A stretch of DNA of 55,215 bases from a virus, in IMG/VR virus record IMGVR_UViG_3300002098_000007, positions 1-55,215 of that record; one strand, written 5' to 3'. Both the position numbers and the translations under genes were made by a program. Below the pieces are notes generated by a model. That model saw nothing but the letters and a program-made list of their open reading frames with translations. It had not been told where the DNA came from and did not search any database. Within the stretch, counting starts at the first letter, position 1. Every line of letters starts with the position of its first letter. Positions 29,222-38,011 of the stretch are shown here, piece by piece.

Positions 29222-30552
29222 AATTACTCATCATCGATACCGACGGAGTCGGCTTGAGTTTCGCTTTCCGTGCTAGTATAGCGGGTCATCAAGTGCGTTG
29301 GTTTATAGAACCGAAACCTAGCAATAACAAAGCCACCGGCAACGGTTTTAAGGGTATTGAGAAGATCGATAACTGGGTGCCGTCGGTTAAGTGGGCCGAT
29401 CTCATCATCCAGACCAGCAACGACAAATACGTTGAGAAGCTAGACTTCTTCCGCAAGCAGGGGTATCCGGTGTTCGGCCCTACGCCTGAGAGCGCGAAGT
29501 TGGAGATTAGCCGCGGTGACGGTATGAAGTTGATGGAGAAGGTGGGCATTAAGACCGTCCCCTACGAAACGTTCAAAAACATGAACGAAGCTAAGAAGCA
29601 CGTTGAGAAAACGGGTGAGCGCTTTGTCTTCAAAACCCTGGGTGACAACGAGGACAAATCACTCACGTACGTGGCTAAGAGCCCCGCAGACCTGATTGGC
29701 TGGATGGAGCGTCTGATTGCTCGCGGCGAGCAGCCTAAAGGCGACGTCATGCTGCAGACCTTTGTTAAGGGTATCGAGATGGGCGTCAGCCGCTTTATGG
29801 GTAGCAAAGGCTGGGTTGGGCCCTGGAATGAGAGTTTTGAACACAAAAAGCTCATGCCCGGTAACTACGGCCCCAATACCGGCGAGATGGGCACAATTGC
29901 CTACTTCACCGAGGAAAGCAAGTTGGGCGAGGAAACACTGGGCAAGCTAGAAAAAGAGCTGCTCAAACTCGGCCACACCGGCGACGTTGCTCTCGGGTTC
30001 ATGATAGACGAAAAGGGCCAGCCCTGGCCCACGGAGTGGACGTGTCGCTTCGGTTGGCCCATTGCCAACATGATGCTCGGTGCGACCGAGGGCGACCCGG
30101 TTGAGTGGATGCGCGACGCGCTGAACGGTAAGGACACTACGTCCTTCAAAACTGATATCGGCTGCTGCGTGGTGCTGGCGCACGGGGACTTTCCGCACGG
30201 TAATATGACCAAGCGCGAAGTCTCCGGAGTTCCGCTCTACGGAGTTACTAAGGGTAACAAAAAGCACATCCACCCCCAGGCCATCAAGATTGACGTACTG
30301 CCCGATATGGACGGCGAACAGATGACCCGCCGCCCGTTGTGGAACACCTCGGGCGACTACGTAGCGGTGGTCACCGGGTACGGTCGGGACGTAAAGCAGG
30401 CTAGCTCTCGGGCCTACAAGACCGTTGAACAACTGCACATCAGCAATATAATTGTGCGTGATGATATTGGCGAAGAGTTAGAAGAAACCCTGCCCAAGCT
30501 GCACGCTATGGGTTATGCCCAACACTGTGAATTTGATACCGGGAGTAAGTAA
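29218..30552 (+). CDS. PurD-family (phosphoribosylamine-glycine ligase-like) ATP-grasp ligase, divergent
   Basis: 444 aa, colinear by eye with PurD. Matching blocks: VFGPT..SAKLE.S, FVFKT...(A-domain), [20 protein letters not shown] (vs DHKR..D.GPNTGGMG), [22 protein letters not shown] (vs GLMI...P.VIEFNCRFGDP) and a C-terminal ...VRDDIG. The N-terminal GGREHA motif is replaced by [10 protein letters not shown]. Confidence 0.8.
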   Translation: MKLLIIDTDGVGLSFAFRASIAGHQVRWFIEPKPSNNKATGNGFKGIEKIDNWVPSVKWADLIIQTSNDKYVEKLDFFRKQGYPVFGPTPESAKLEISRGDGMKLMEKVGIKTVPYETFKNMNEAKKHVEKTGERFVFKTLGDNEDKSLTYVAKSPADLIGWMERLIARGEQPKGDVMLQTFVKGIEMGVSRFMGSKGWVGPWNESFEHKKLMPGNYGPNTGEMGTIAYFTEESKLGEETLGKLEKELLKLGHTGDVALGFMIDEKGQPWPTEWTCRFGWPIANMMLGATEGDPVEWMRDALNGKDTTSFKTDIGCCVVLAHGDFPHGNMTKREVSGVPLYGVTKGNKKHIHPQAIKIDVLPDMDGEQMTRRPLWNTSGDYVAVVTGYGRDVKQASSRAYKTVEQLHISNIIVRDDIGEELEETLPKLHAMGYAQHCEFDTGSK

Positions 30553-33500
30553 TGAGTGCATTTCTCGCGCCGATGTTCGGCGCAGGCTACCAAGCCTTTA
30601 ATAACCAAGGTTCGGCAGTCCTCTCCGGAGGTAAACTCTACACATATCAGGCGGGCTCCACCGCACCACAAGCCACGTGGACAGACTCTACGCAGTCAGT
30701 GGCTAACGCTAACCCCGTAATCTTGAACTCGGCGGGGCGGCCCGCGAATGAGATCTGGCTGCAAGGGGGGAGCTCTTACAAATTCGTGTTGACTGACGCC
30801 AACGGCACGCAGCTGGGTGCGTGGGACAACATCTCGGGTTTGAACGACGCTAACTACCAGGGCTTCAGTGAGTGGATCCCGTTCACTACGGCGCCTACCT
30901 ACGTTAGCGCTACTACGTTCACCGTGAGCGGTAATCAGGTAAACACCTTCCAGGTGGGACGCCGGGTGCAGGCGTTCATGCTCAGCAAGACTCTTTACGG
31001 CACCATCAACACCGTCACGTACAACTCAGGCGCGGGCACTACCTCAGTCGTCGTTTCGCTTGACAGCGGTAGCTACGACTCAACGCTCTATGCGGTGAGT
31101 TACGGCTTTATGAGCGCGGTCAACACCTCGCTCCCCGTGGCTAGCACCTCTGCGGTTATTCCCGCGAGCCTGCAAGGGCAGACGTACACCACGGCCTCGG
31201 TGTCGGGCACCACAGGCACGTATACGATGTCGCTAGCGCCGTCGTTTACCTTGGCGACCAACTCGCGAGTCTTCGCACGCATGCCCGAAACGCGAACCGG
31301 CGCGGCCACGCTGAACGTGAACGGTGGGGGCGCAGTCGCTATCAAGCAGTACAACGCCGCGGGCAACAAGATTGACCCCGTGTTGTTCATCAATCAGCCA
31401 ACCGACCTAGTTTACGACGGTACTCACTGGGTGTTGATTGACGCCTTTAGCACCGTAGCGGCCTTTACCTCGGGCACTATTGATGGGGTTGTAATCGGCG
31501 GTACGAGTCCGTCCTCGGGGGCGTTTACCTCGTTGAGCGCGAGCGGGTTTACGCTGAACGGTACGCAGACTATGACCGGCGCGGCTATTAATGAGGCGCA
31601 GAGTAGCGCCATAGCCAGCGCTAGCACTGTGGATCTAGGCTCCGCCGCGGGTAACTACGTTCACGTTACGGGTACGACCGCGATTACGGCTGTTACCCTG
31701 GCCCAGGGCAGCTCACGCACCGTAGTGTTTGACGGCGTGTTGACGCTGACTAACGGCGCTTCGCTGATACTGCCTAACGGGGTCAATATTACCACCGCCG
31801 CGGGCGACGTAGCCACGTTCCGGGGCGAGGCCGCGGGCGTTGTACGTTGCGTGGCGTACACCTCGGCCAACGGGGTCTTTAACACGCTGCAGAACCGGGC
31901 GCTGACCTCGGGGCGCGTGACGTATGCGGGCACAGCCGGTCTGCTGCAAGACTCGGCCTCCTTCACTTGGGATGGAACCACCCTCGTAACCCCGTCTCAC
32001 ACGACCAACACCGCAACCACCGGCTCGACCAACAAAGGCCCGTTGAACTACGGCACGTTGAGTTTCAGCGATACCGGGATCGTGCAGTCTGCGCAAACAA
32101 GTGTAAACAGCTACTTCCAGAACGTCATCCAAAACACCAGCGCGGGCACTGCGGCATCGGCTGAGTTCATTGCGTACAACGACCAAGGAACAGCCTCGAC
32201 CAACTACGCTACCGTGGGTATCAACTCAAGCGGTTACAGCGGCACGGGCTCAATTAACGCACCGGGTTATGCTTACTTCCTGTCGGCCAGTACAGACTTG
32301 GTGTTGGGCACTATTGGCGCAAACGGCATCCACTTCACCACGAACTCATCGGCCACGGACGCACTGGCAATCAGCTCTGCGGGTGCGGTATCCCTACCCG
32401 GCGGCGCAGCCAACGGTGTTGCTTACCTCAATAGTTCTAAAGTCCTGACCACTGGTTCTGCGCTGACGTTTGATGGGGCAACACTTGGGGTTAACAGTGT
32501 TTCTGTTGGTCGTGGTGCAGGCGCTGTGTCTACCAACACTGCGGTGGGTGCAAATGCTTTGGCAGCAAATACGACAGGCTCAAGCAATTCTGGTTTTGGT
32601 GTAAATGCGCTGAACTCAAATCAAGACGGTATTCAAAACAGTGCTTTTGGGTATCAAGCGCTCAATGCAAACGTATCTGGTTATTACAACGTAGGGATGG
32701 GCTACCGAGCCCTTTTCAATTCCACAGGTAACAGTAATGTAGGCATAGGAGCACAAGCTCTTCAGGCAAACACCACAGCCTCTAACAACACTGCTGTGGG
32801 TTATCAAACCTCGTACAACAACACCACAGGCGATCAAAACGTAGCAATTGGCAAGTGGGCTCTGCTTACCAATCAAACGGGCGCAAGCAACGTTGCGGTT
32901 GGTGCTAGGGCTCTTGAGGCCAGCACCGCCAACTACAACACGGCCTTGGGGTTTGCTGCCAGTTTCACAAACACGACAGGAACTCGCAACGTAAGTGTGG
33001 GCTATCTTTCCCTGTACACAAACTCTACAGGCACCAGTAACACCTCGGTGGGAGCATCTGCCCTTGTGGCGAACACCACAGGGTCGAACAATACCGCCGT
33101 CGGAGATGGAGCGCTGTCTTCCAACACAACAGCGCTTTACAACACCGCCGTGGGCTATCAAGCAGCCGTCTCAAACACAACTGGGGCAGGAAACACGGCT
33201 GTTGGCAGAACCACACTCAACAGCAATACGACGGGTAGTGGTAATACCGCAGTGGGTGGGTTCGATGGCTCTGTTTTGCCCTCAATGTATTACAACTCAA
33301 CAGGCGCCAACAATACCGCCATGGGTGTTGGCGCTCTTTCAAATAACACAACGGGTAACAATAGCGTAGCAATTGGCTTCCAAGCGGCATATGCAGGTGC
33401 TGGAGCTGCCGTCACTGCTGTTGGCTTTCAAGCCGGGTATGCCAACACCGACAACTCGGGTGGGGTATTTGTGGGTTACCAGTCCGGTAAACTTAATTCA

Positions 33501-34418
33501 ACGGGAAATGGAAATACCGCAGTTGGCACGTTTTCATTGACAACAAATAGTACGGGCGCCTACAACACTGCGGTCGGCTATCAAGCTCTCAACACTAATA
33601 CAGCCTCCAACAACACCGCTGTGGGTTATGAAGCGGGGTATACAGGAACAACTGCAAGTGGCAATACGTTTATTGGTTCTCAAACTGGATACGGCATTAC
33701 AACTGGCACTGGCAATACGTTTATTGGAAACAACGCATTTTCTGCTTCTGGATATTTTGTAACTACTGGTTCTAAGAACACCATTCTTGGCAGCTACTCA
33801 GGCAACCAAGGCGGCCTCGACATTCGCACAGCAAGCAACTTCATCGTGCTGTCTGATGGGGATGGAAACCCACGGGGCTTTTTTGATAGCAACGGCGTTT
33901 ATAGAGTGGGTACACCCGATGCCGCTGGTACATCTGGCGTAGGGGTTTCGATTAACCCAACATCATCAGGTGTGCGTGCTGTTAGCGCCGCATCAACAGG
34001 CGCCACTGAAACATTCTCTATGTATTCAACGGGAGCTTCTGCCTATCGTTTCTATGTGGATTGGGGCGGTACTATTCATGCCACATCTATTGTTATTACT
34101 GCCATTTCCGATCAGCGCCTTAAAGAAAATGTCCGTGACATTGATACAGGACTTGGCGCAATCATGGCGCTTAAACCTCGCCGTTTTGATTGGAAAGAAG
34201 GTAAAGGTCAAGATAAGAAAAATGCTGCTGGTTTTATTGCTCAAGAGTTTGAAACAGTATTTCCAGAATGTGTTAGCACATCAAAGGCTGGTGAAGATGG
34301 CATTGAATACAAGAACATTAACCATGAAACACTGATTCCAACTCTGGTCAAAGCCATCCAAGAGCAACAAGCCATGATTGAACAACTCACCACCCGCCTT
34401 GCAGCAGCAGGCATATAA
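30552..34418 (+). CDS. Tail fibre / tailspike with a repetitive beta-helix region and a C-terminal S74 intramolecular chaperone
   Basis: 1288 aa. The N-terminus reads LSGGKLYTYQAGSTAPQATWTD...NPVILNSAGR. About 25-30 degenerate NTAVG..AL..NTTG repeats follow. The C-terminus is SDQRLKENV...AAGFIAQEFETVFPE...ETLIPTLVKAIQEQ. Confidence 0.85.
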   Translation: MSAFLAPMFGAGYQAFNNQGSAVLSGGKLYTYQAGSTAPQATWTDSTQSVANANPVILNSAGRPANEIWLQGGSSYKFVLTDANGTQLGAWDNISGLNDANYQGFSEWIPFTTAPTYVSATTFTVSGNQVNTFQVGRRVQAFMLSKTLYGTINTVTYNSGAGTTSVVVSLDSGSYDSTLYAVSYGFMSAVNTSLPVASTSAVIPASLQGQTYTTASVSGTTGTYTMSLAPSFTLATNSRVFARMPETRTGAATLNVNGGGAVAIKQYNAAGNKIDPVLFINQPTDLVYDGTHWVLIDAFSTVAAFTSGTIDGVVIGGTSPSSGAFTSLSASGFTLNGTQTMTGAAINEAQSSAIASASTVDLGSAAGNYVHVTGTTAITAVTLAQGSSRTVVFDGVLTLTNGASLILPNGVNITTAAGDVATFRGEAAGVVRCVAYTSANGVFNTLQNRALTSGRVTYAGTAGLLQDSASFTWDGTTLVTPSHTTNTATTGSTNKGPLNYGTLSFSDTGIVQSAQTSVNSYFQNVIQNTSAGTAASAEFIAYNDQGTASTNYATVGINSSGYSGTGSINAPGYAYFLSASTDLVLGTIGANGIHFTTNSSATDALAISSAGAVSLPGGAANGVAYLNSSKVLTTGSALTFDGATLGVNSVSVGRGAGAVSTNTAVGANALAANTTGSSNSGFGVNALNSNQDGIQNSAFGYQALNANVSGYYNVGMGYRALFNSTGNSNVGIGAQALQANTTASNNTAVGYQTSYNNTTGDQNVAIGKWALLTNQTGASNVAVGARALEASTANYNTALGFAASFTNTTGTRNVSVGYLSLYTNSTGTSNTSVGASALVANTTGSNNTAVGDGALSSNTTALYNTAVGYQAAVSNTTGAGNTAVGRTTLNSNTTGSGNTAVGGFDGSVLPSMYYNSTGANNTAMGVGALSNNTTGNNSVAIGFQAAYAGAGAAVTAVGFQAGYANTDNSGGVFVGYQSGKLNSTGNGNTAVGTFSLTTNSTGAYNTAVGYQALNTNTASNNTAVGYEAGYTGTTASGNTFIGSQTGYGITTGTGNTFIGNNAFSASGYFVTTGSKNTILGSYSGNQGGLDIRTASNFIVLSDGDGNPRGFFDSNGVYRVGTPDAAGTSGVGVSINPTSSGVRAVSAASTGATETFSMYSTGASAYRFYVDWGGTIHATSIVITAISDQRLKENVRDIDTGLGAIMALKPRRFDWKEGKGQDKKNAAGFIAQEFETVFPECVSTSKAGEDGIEYKNINHETLIPTLVKAIQEQQAMIEQLTTRLAAAGI
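32529..33745 (+). repeat. Degenerate ~14-15-aa coding repeats (NTAVGxxALxxNTTGxx), YadA-head / beta-roll-like
   Basis: Read in the translation of 30552..34418. The DNA copies are diverged, so this is not a perfect tandem array. Confidence 0.7.
34107..34418 (+). other. Peptidase S74 (endosialidase-type) autocleaving chaperone domain of the tail fibre
   Basis: It starts at Ser1186 in ISDQRLKEN (SDxRxK hallmark) and runs to the stop codon. Confidence 0.75.
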
Positions 34419-34433
34419 CCAAAAGGAAAAAAC

Positions 34434-34847
34434 ATGACAAACTTCACCACCACCATCATCACCCGCATGTACACCCTGCCTCAAGTTGAGGGCAAGACCG
34501 ATGTGGTCGTCAACGCGATGTTCAAGGTTGTAGGCGTGGACGGCGACGTCACCGCTGAGATTGACGGAAGCCAGCAGTTCACACTTCCTGCTGATGACCC
34601 CAGCTTCACCCCTTACGATCAACTGACCCAAGACCAAGTTTTGGGCTGGATTGATCCCAAGACGATCAGCAGCCTTGAGGCATGCGTGCAAGGTCAGATC
34701 GACTCAATCAACAACCCACCTGTCAGCCCATCTGCACAACCTTTGCCTTGGGTTGATAAAGAAGCCACGGAAGCTGCTTTGGCCTCTCAGATTGAGTTAC
34801 TGAAGAACCCTGTGCAAGCTGCTGGCGTTCCTTGGGCGCAAGCATAA
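34434..34847 (+). CDS. Hypothetical protein downstream of the tail fibre
   Basis: 137-aa ORF with an AAGGA RBS. Confidence 0.55.
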   Translation: MTNFTTTIITRMYTLPQVEGKTDVVVNAMFKVVGVDGDVTAEIDGSQQFTLPADDPSFTPYDQLTQDQVLGWIDPKTISSLEACVQGQIDSINNPPVSPSAQPLPWVDKEATEAALASQIELLKNPVQAAGVPWAQA

Positions 34848-34859
34848 TAGAGGTGAATC

Positions 34860-35072
34860 ATGTCAGAAGAACAGATGATTTCTAATACTGAGGCTAAGTT
34901 GATGTCACATGAAGCGGTATGCGCCGAGCGTTACAAAGGAATTAGCGAGTCACTAAACAAAGGCTCCGAGCGCATGACTAAGATCGAGTATTTGCTGTAC
35001 GCGGTGATGGCTTGTGTATTGTTAGGCCCAGGGGTTGCCGCCTCGCTCATACAAAAACTTTTCGGTATCTAA
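34860..35072 (+). CDS. Small membrane protein (holin-class candidate)
   Basis: 70 aa with a GAGGTG RBS and a single C-terminal TM (IEYLLYAVMACVLLGPGVAASLI). Confidence 0.45.
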   Translation: MSEEQMISNTEAKLMSHEAVCAERYKGISESLNKGSERMTKIEYLLYAVMACVLLGPGVAASLIQKLFGI

Positions 35073-35075
35073 GAT

Positions 35076-35804
35076 GTGGATCCCATTAGTCTTCTCCTCA
35101 TGGCTCAGAGCGCGGTCGGTGCGATACGCACCGGCTGCCAGTTCTTGGCAGAGGGTAAGGCTGAAATTGACAAATTTAAAAAGACTGTTGAGGGGGGAGT
35201 TGGGAATGCAAAAGCAATCTACGGAGAAGTCTTGGGGTTCTGGGGTTGGCTTAGAAACCTTTTGCAGCCCAAAAATCCTAACCCTGTTGCGCAAGCGCAG
35301 CCTGCGCCAGCGAGTCAACCGGGAGTATCCAAACCTAGTGCGGTTAAACGCAAAGAGCAAGAACTCAGCTACGAAGAGTACCAAGCACGCGCAGTCCATG
35401 AAATTTGCGAGCATCTCAAAGTCTATTTTGAGGCCATTCGAGCGCTGAAAGCACACTGCCGGGAACTTGAACAGCAATCTCTCACCACCGAGAAAGTTGC
35501 CGACAGTGCGATTGATCGAATTGAACTTGAGTGGCAGATGACACAGTTGTCTACACAGGTACGCGAAGCCATGACCTACACGCCTGAAAAGCTCGGGCTG
35601 CAAGACCTTTACAAACGGTTTCTCAAGATGTACAACCAAATTCTGGAAGAGCAAGAGTTTGCCCGCGACGTCAAGGCAAAGAAAGATCGGGATGAGCAAT
35701 GGCGACACGAACACCGCAGAGAAATCCTAACGTACAAACTGATGTACGCAGTGGTGGTGTTTCTAGGGCTGCTGGAGACAGCGGGACTGTATTTCACTCT
35801 ATGA
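35076..35804 (+). CDS. Coiled-coil protein with a C-terminal transmembrane anchor
   Basis: 242 aa. The start is uncertain (GTG 35076 or ATG 35100, no clear RBS). C-terminal TM: LMYAVVVFLGLLETAGLYF. Confidence 0.45.
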   Translation: MDPISLLLMAQSAVGAIRTGCQFLAEGKAEIDKFKKTVEGGVGNAKAIYGEVLGFWGWLRNLLQPKNPNPVAQAQPAPASQPGVSKPSAVKRKEQELSYEEYQARAVHEICEHLKVYFEAIRALKAHCRELEQQSLTTEKVADSAIDRIELEWQMTQLSTQVREAMTYTPEKLGLQDLYKRFLKMYNQILEEQEFARDVKAKKDRDEQWRHEHRREILTYKLMYAVVVFLGLLETAGLYFTL

Positions 35805-35986
35805 ACGAATTTAAATTTTGGGCAATCATCGTCACACTGTTGATATTCTGCATCATGGTGCTTTCGGCTATGGTGTTGCATGTGGAAAAGCGTATTAACA
35901 AAGCAGACGCTATGATTCTACGTCTTGAAGAAAAGGAAAAGAAACGTGAAAAGCCTCGTATTGATCCTGAGCCTGATGCTGATTAG
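35801..35986 (+). CDS. Small membrane protein (holin/antiholin candidate)
   Basis: ATG 35801 overlaps the upstream stop (ATGA). 61 aa with an N-terminal TM (FWAIIVTLLIFCIMVLSAMVL) and a charged tail. Confidence 0.5.
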   Translation: MNEFKFWAIIVTLLIFCIMVLSAMVLHVEKRINKADAMILRLEEKEKKREKPRIDPEPDAD

Positions 35987-36158
35987 TGGCTGCGAAGACC
36001 GCTACCGGTACTACTGTCAAGACCCTAAGAACTGGCCGCAAAAACGTTGCCAGCGTCCGGATTGTTTGTTCACGCAGGACTGCCCGGATTACCTAGTGGC
36101 GCCCGTGTTGGAGAAACAAATCCCTGCTCAACCCGGTGCATCGGAGCCCGCAAAATGA
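35946..36158 (+). CDS. Cys-rich lipoprotein
   Basis: GTG 35946 follows AAGGA. The signal peptide plus lipobox is MKSLVLILSLMLISGC. The mature part has 6 Cys. The ORF-track start at 35925 is TTG. Confidence 0.55.
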   Translation: MKSLVLILSLMLISGCEDRYRYYCQDPKNWPQKRCQRPDCLFTQDCPDYLVAPVLEKQIPAQPGASEPAK

Positions 36159-36670
36159 AAATGTTTGAGATCAAAACCGTTGACGAGCTCGTTACGCTCA
36201 TTCAGGCGCTGGTCTGGGCCACGGTGGTGGTGGTGTTGATGTTTGTCTTCGGGGGGATTGTCAGCTCTATGATCTACTCGGTCATGTTCGTCAGCCAACC
36301 GATGAAAGGCATGGCCCCGATTGATCAAGCCTTTACTAAAATGCTCAACGACATCGTGCTCATCATGTCGAGCAGTATTACGACAATCGTCAGTATGTTC
36401 GCCGTGAATAAAGGAGCAAAGGCGCTGGCGGAGAAGATTGCGCCTGCGGTGTTAACGCCGCCCCCGACCTCCGCTCCGACGGTTGCGCAACCCAGCGCGG
36501 CGCCTGCTTCCCCAGCTGCGATGCCCGACTTTAACTGGATGGGGTTAGCGCCCACGCTTTACGACGAAGAATGGCGCGCCCCTCCTCCCCCCACCACTCC
36601 GCCGGACTACGTTGACCCTTCGCGGGAAGAAATCGCCAATGAGCGCGCCGCGGCGAGGGCCGAAGCATGA
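36155..36670 (+). CDS. Multi-pass membrane protein with a Pro-rich tail (holin candidate)
   Basis: ATG 36155 overlaps the upstream stop (ATGA). TM segments are WATVVVVLMFVFGGIVSSMIYSVMFV and IVLIMSSSITTIVSMFAV. Confidence 0.5.
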   Translation: MKMFEIKTVDELVTLIQALVWATVVVVLMFVFGGIVSSMIYSVMFVSQPMKGMAPIDQAFTKMLNDIVLIMSSSITTIVSMFAVNKGAKALAEKIAPAVLTPPPTSAPTVAQPSAAPASPAAMPDFNWMGLAPTLYDEEWRAPPPPTTPPDYVDPSREEIANERAAARAEA

Positions 36671-37116
36671 AGTCCGTCGTAGTTGCCCTCATAATCGCTG
36701 TCTGTTTGTACGCTTATGGTCACCATAAGGGTTGGGCCGAGCGCGACTTAGAGATGCAGGCCGAAATTGCAAGCAAGAATGAAGAATCCCGCGCTCGGGA
36801 GCAAAAGCTCAGCGAGCAACTTTACTCCACCTCATCACAGCTGAAGGAGGCTAATGATGCCATTACTGAAAAACAGTCTTCTCTTGACCGCGCTATTCGT
36901 GCTGGGCGGGTGCGCCTCCCCTCCTCAGGTTGCGTACAAACCAGTGCAAGTGCCCCCGCTGCCGCCGGAGATAGCCAAGATGCAAGCGAATCTGACCGAC
37001 AGACTCTCCTCCTTATTGCTCAACTCGCAGCCGAAGGAGACCAAGCCATCAACAGGCTCAACGCCTGCATCGCAGCCTACAACGCCGCCCGGGAGCAAGT
37101 GAATGATCAACGCTGA
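36667..37116 (+). CDS. Rz: i-spanin (Rz-like)
   Basis: 149 aa with an N-terminal TM (VVVALIIAVCLYAYG) and a coiled-coil periplasmic domain. It contains an embedded +1-frame lipoprotein gene. Confidence 0.7.
   Translation: MKSVVVALIIAVCLYAYGHHKGWAERDLEMQAEIASKNEESRAREQKLSEQLYSTSSQLKEANDAITEKQSSLDRAIRAGRVRLPSSGCVQTSASAPAAAGDSQDASESDRQTLLLIAQLAAEGDQAINRLNACIAAYNAAREQVNDQR
36854..37102 (+). CDS. Rz1: o-spanin (Rz1-like), embedded in the i-spanin gene
   Basis: AGGAGG RBS. Lipobox LLLTALFVLGGC, with a Pro-rich mature region (VQVPPLPPE). Confidence 0.75.
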   Translation: MMPLLKNSLLLTALFVLGGCASPPQVAYKPVQVPPLPPEIAKMQANLTDRLSSLLLNSQPKETKPSTGSTPASQPTTPPGSK

Positions 37117-37717
37117 ACAGTTGCAACGGCTTGGAATAGGTCTGGAATGGGTGCCTGCGTTAAATGAGGCTTTTACTCAATTCAACATAGCCACTCCCAG
37201 GCAACAGGCCGCCTTTATCGGCCAGTGTGGTCATGAGTGCGGCAATTTTCGAGTGTTAGAAGAAAACCTGAACTACCGGGCCGCCACGTTGATGAAGCTC
37301 TGGCCCAAACGATTTCCAACACAAGAGGTGGCCAATGCCTACGCCGGAAACCCCAAGAAAATTGCCAACATGGTGTACGCCAACCGCATGGGGAATCGAG
37401 ACGAGACTTCTGGTGATGGCTATCGCTTTCGTGGTCGCGGATGCATTCAGCTCACTGGGCACGCGAATTATTATCATGCCGGGCAGGCTCTGGGCGTTGA
37501 TTTCGTGATGAATCCCGACCTAGTAGCAACGCCTAAGTACGCGGCTCTGACTGCAGCGTGGTTCTGGACAACGCACGGGTGCAACACCCCCGCCGAGTCG
37601 GCTGACTGGGTGGCGTTGACAAAAAAGATCAATGGTGGAACAATCGGCCTTGATGACCGCGTCAAACACACCAACATGGTCTTCGCGGTGTGTGCTGAAT
37701 GTTCCGCCACGGCTTAA
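37103..37717 (+). CDS. Endolysin, glycoside hydrolase family 19 (chitinase-like lysozyme)
   Basis: 204 aa. Motifs: QAAFIGQCGHECGNF, YRFRGRGCIQLTGHANY, LTAAWFW, KKINGG. Confidence 0.85.
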   Translation: MINAEQLQRLGIGLEWVPALNEAFTQFNIATPRQQAAFIGQCGHECGNFRVLEENLNYRAATLMKLWPKRFPTQEVANAYAGNPKKIANMVYANRMGNRDETSGDGYRFRGRGCIQLTGHANYYHAGQALGVDFVMNPDLVATPKYAALTAAWFWTTHGCNTPAESADWVALTKKINGGTIGLDDRVKHTNMVFAVCAECSATA

Positions 37718-37761
37718 TACCAGACATCGACCAAGCCGGTTTCGCTTAATATTGAGCAGGC

Positions 37762-37827
37762 TAGAGCTACAAAAAGCGGCTCTAACAACCACATTGTGAG
37801 CCCGACGTTAAGGGCGTCGGTCATTTT
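37762..37827. terminator. Convergent-arm junction with two weak hairpins
   Basis: The hairpins are tagagc-N11-gctcta (37762-37784) and ccgacg-N7-cgtcgg (37802-37820), the latter followed by tcatttt. They lie between the plus-arm end (37717) and the minus-arm end (37808). Confidence 0.35.
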
Positions 37828-38011
37828 CGCCCGCTATGCACTTGTGTTTGTACTCAGCCTGTTCGGGTGTCAGCGCTCTCACTTCTTTGCGGCACGCTGT
37901 ACACTTGTAAGAGCTCGTGCCGTCGGTGTAACACGCTTCCCATGTCCACCGGGCGTTGCCGGGAATGATAGGAAAAGCTGTGGCGGGATCTTTGTAGTCT
38001 GCAGGGTTCAT
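37808..38011 (-). CDS. Small Cys-containing hypothetical protein
   Basis: 67 aa, last gene of the minus arm, with ATGA overlap onto the upstream gene. Confidence 0.5.
   Translation of the reverse strand: MNPADYKDPATAFPIIPGNARWTWEACYTDGTSSYKCTACRKEVRALTPEQAEYKHKCIAGENDRRP

Noticed and set aside
29218-30552. The possibility that the PurD-like ligase plus the HD hydrolase indicate a 2-aminoadenine (Z-base) pathway.
   Set aside because: The Z pathway depends on PurZ, a PurA (adenylosuccinate synthetase) homologue, and no such ORF is present. The ligase here is PurD-family, and the HD protein sits with ThyA-like, kinase and transferase genes, which points to thymidine modification and not adenine modification.
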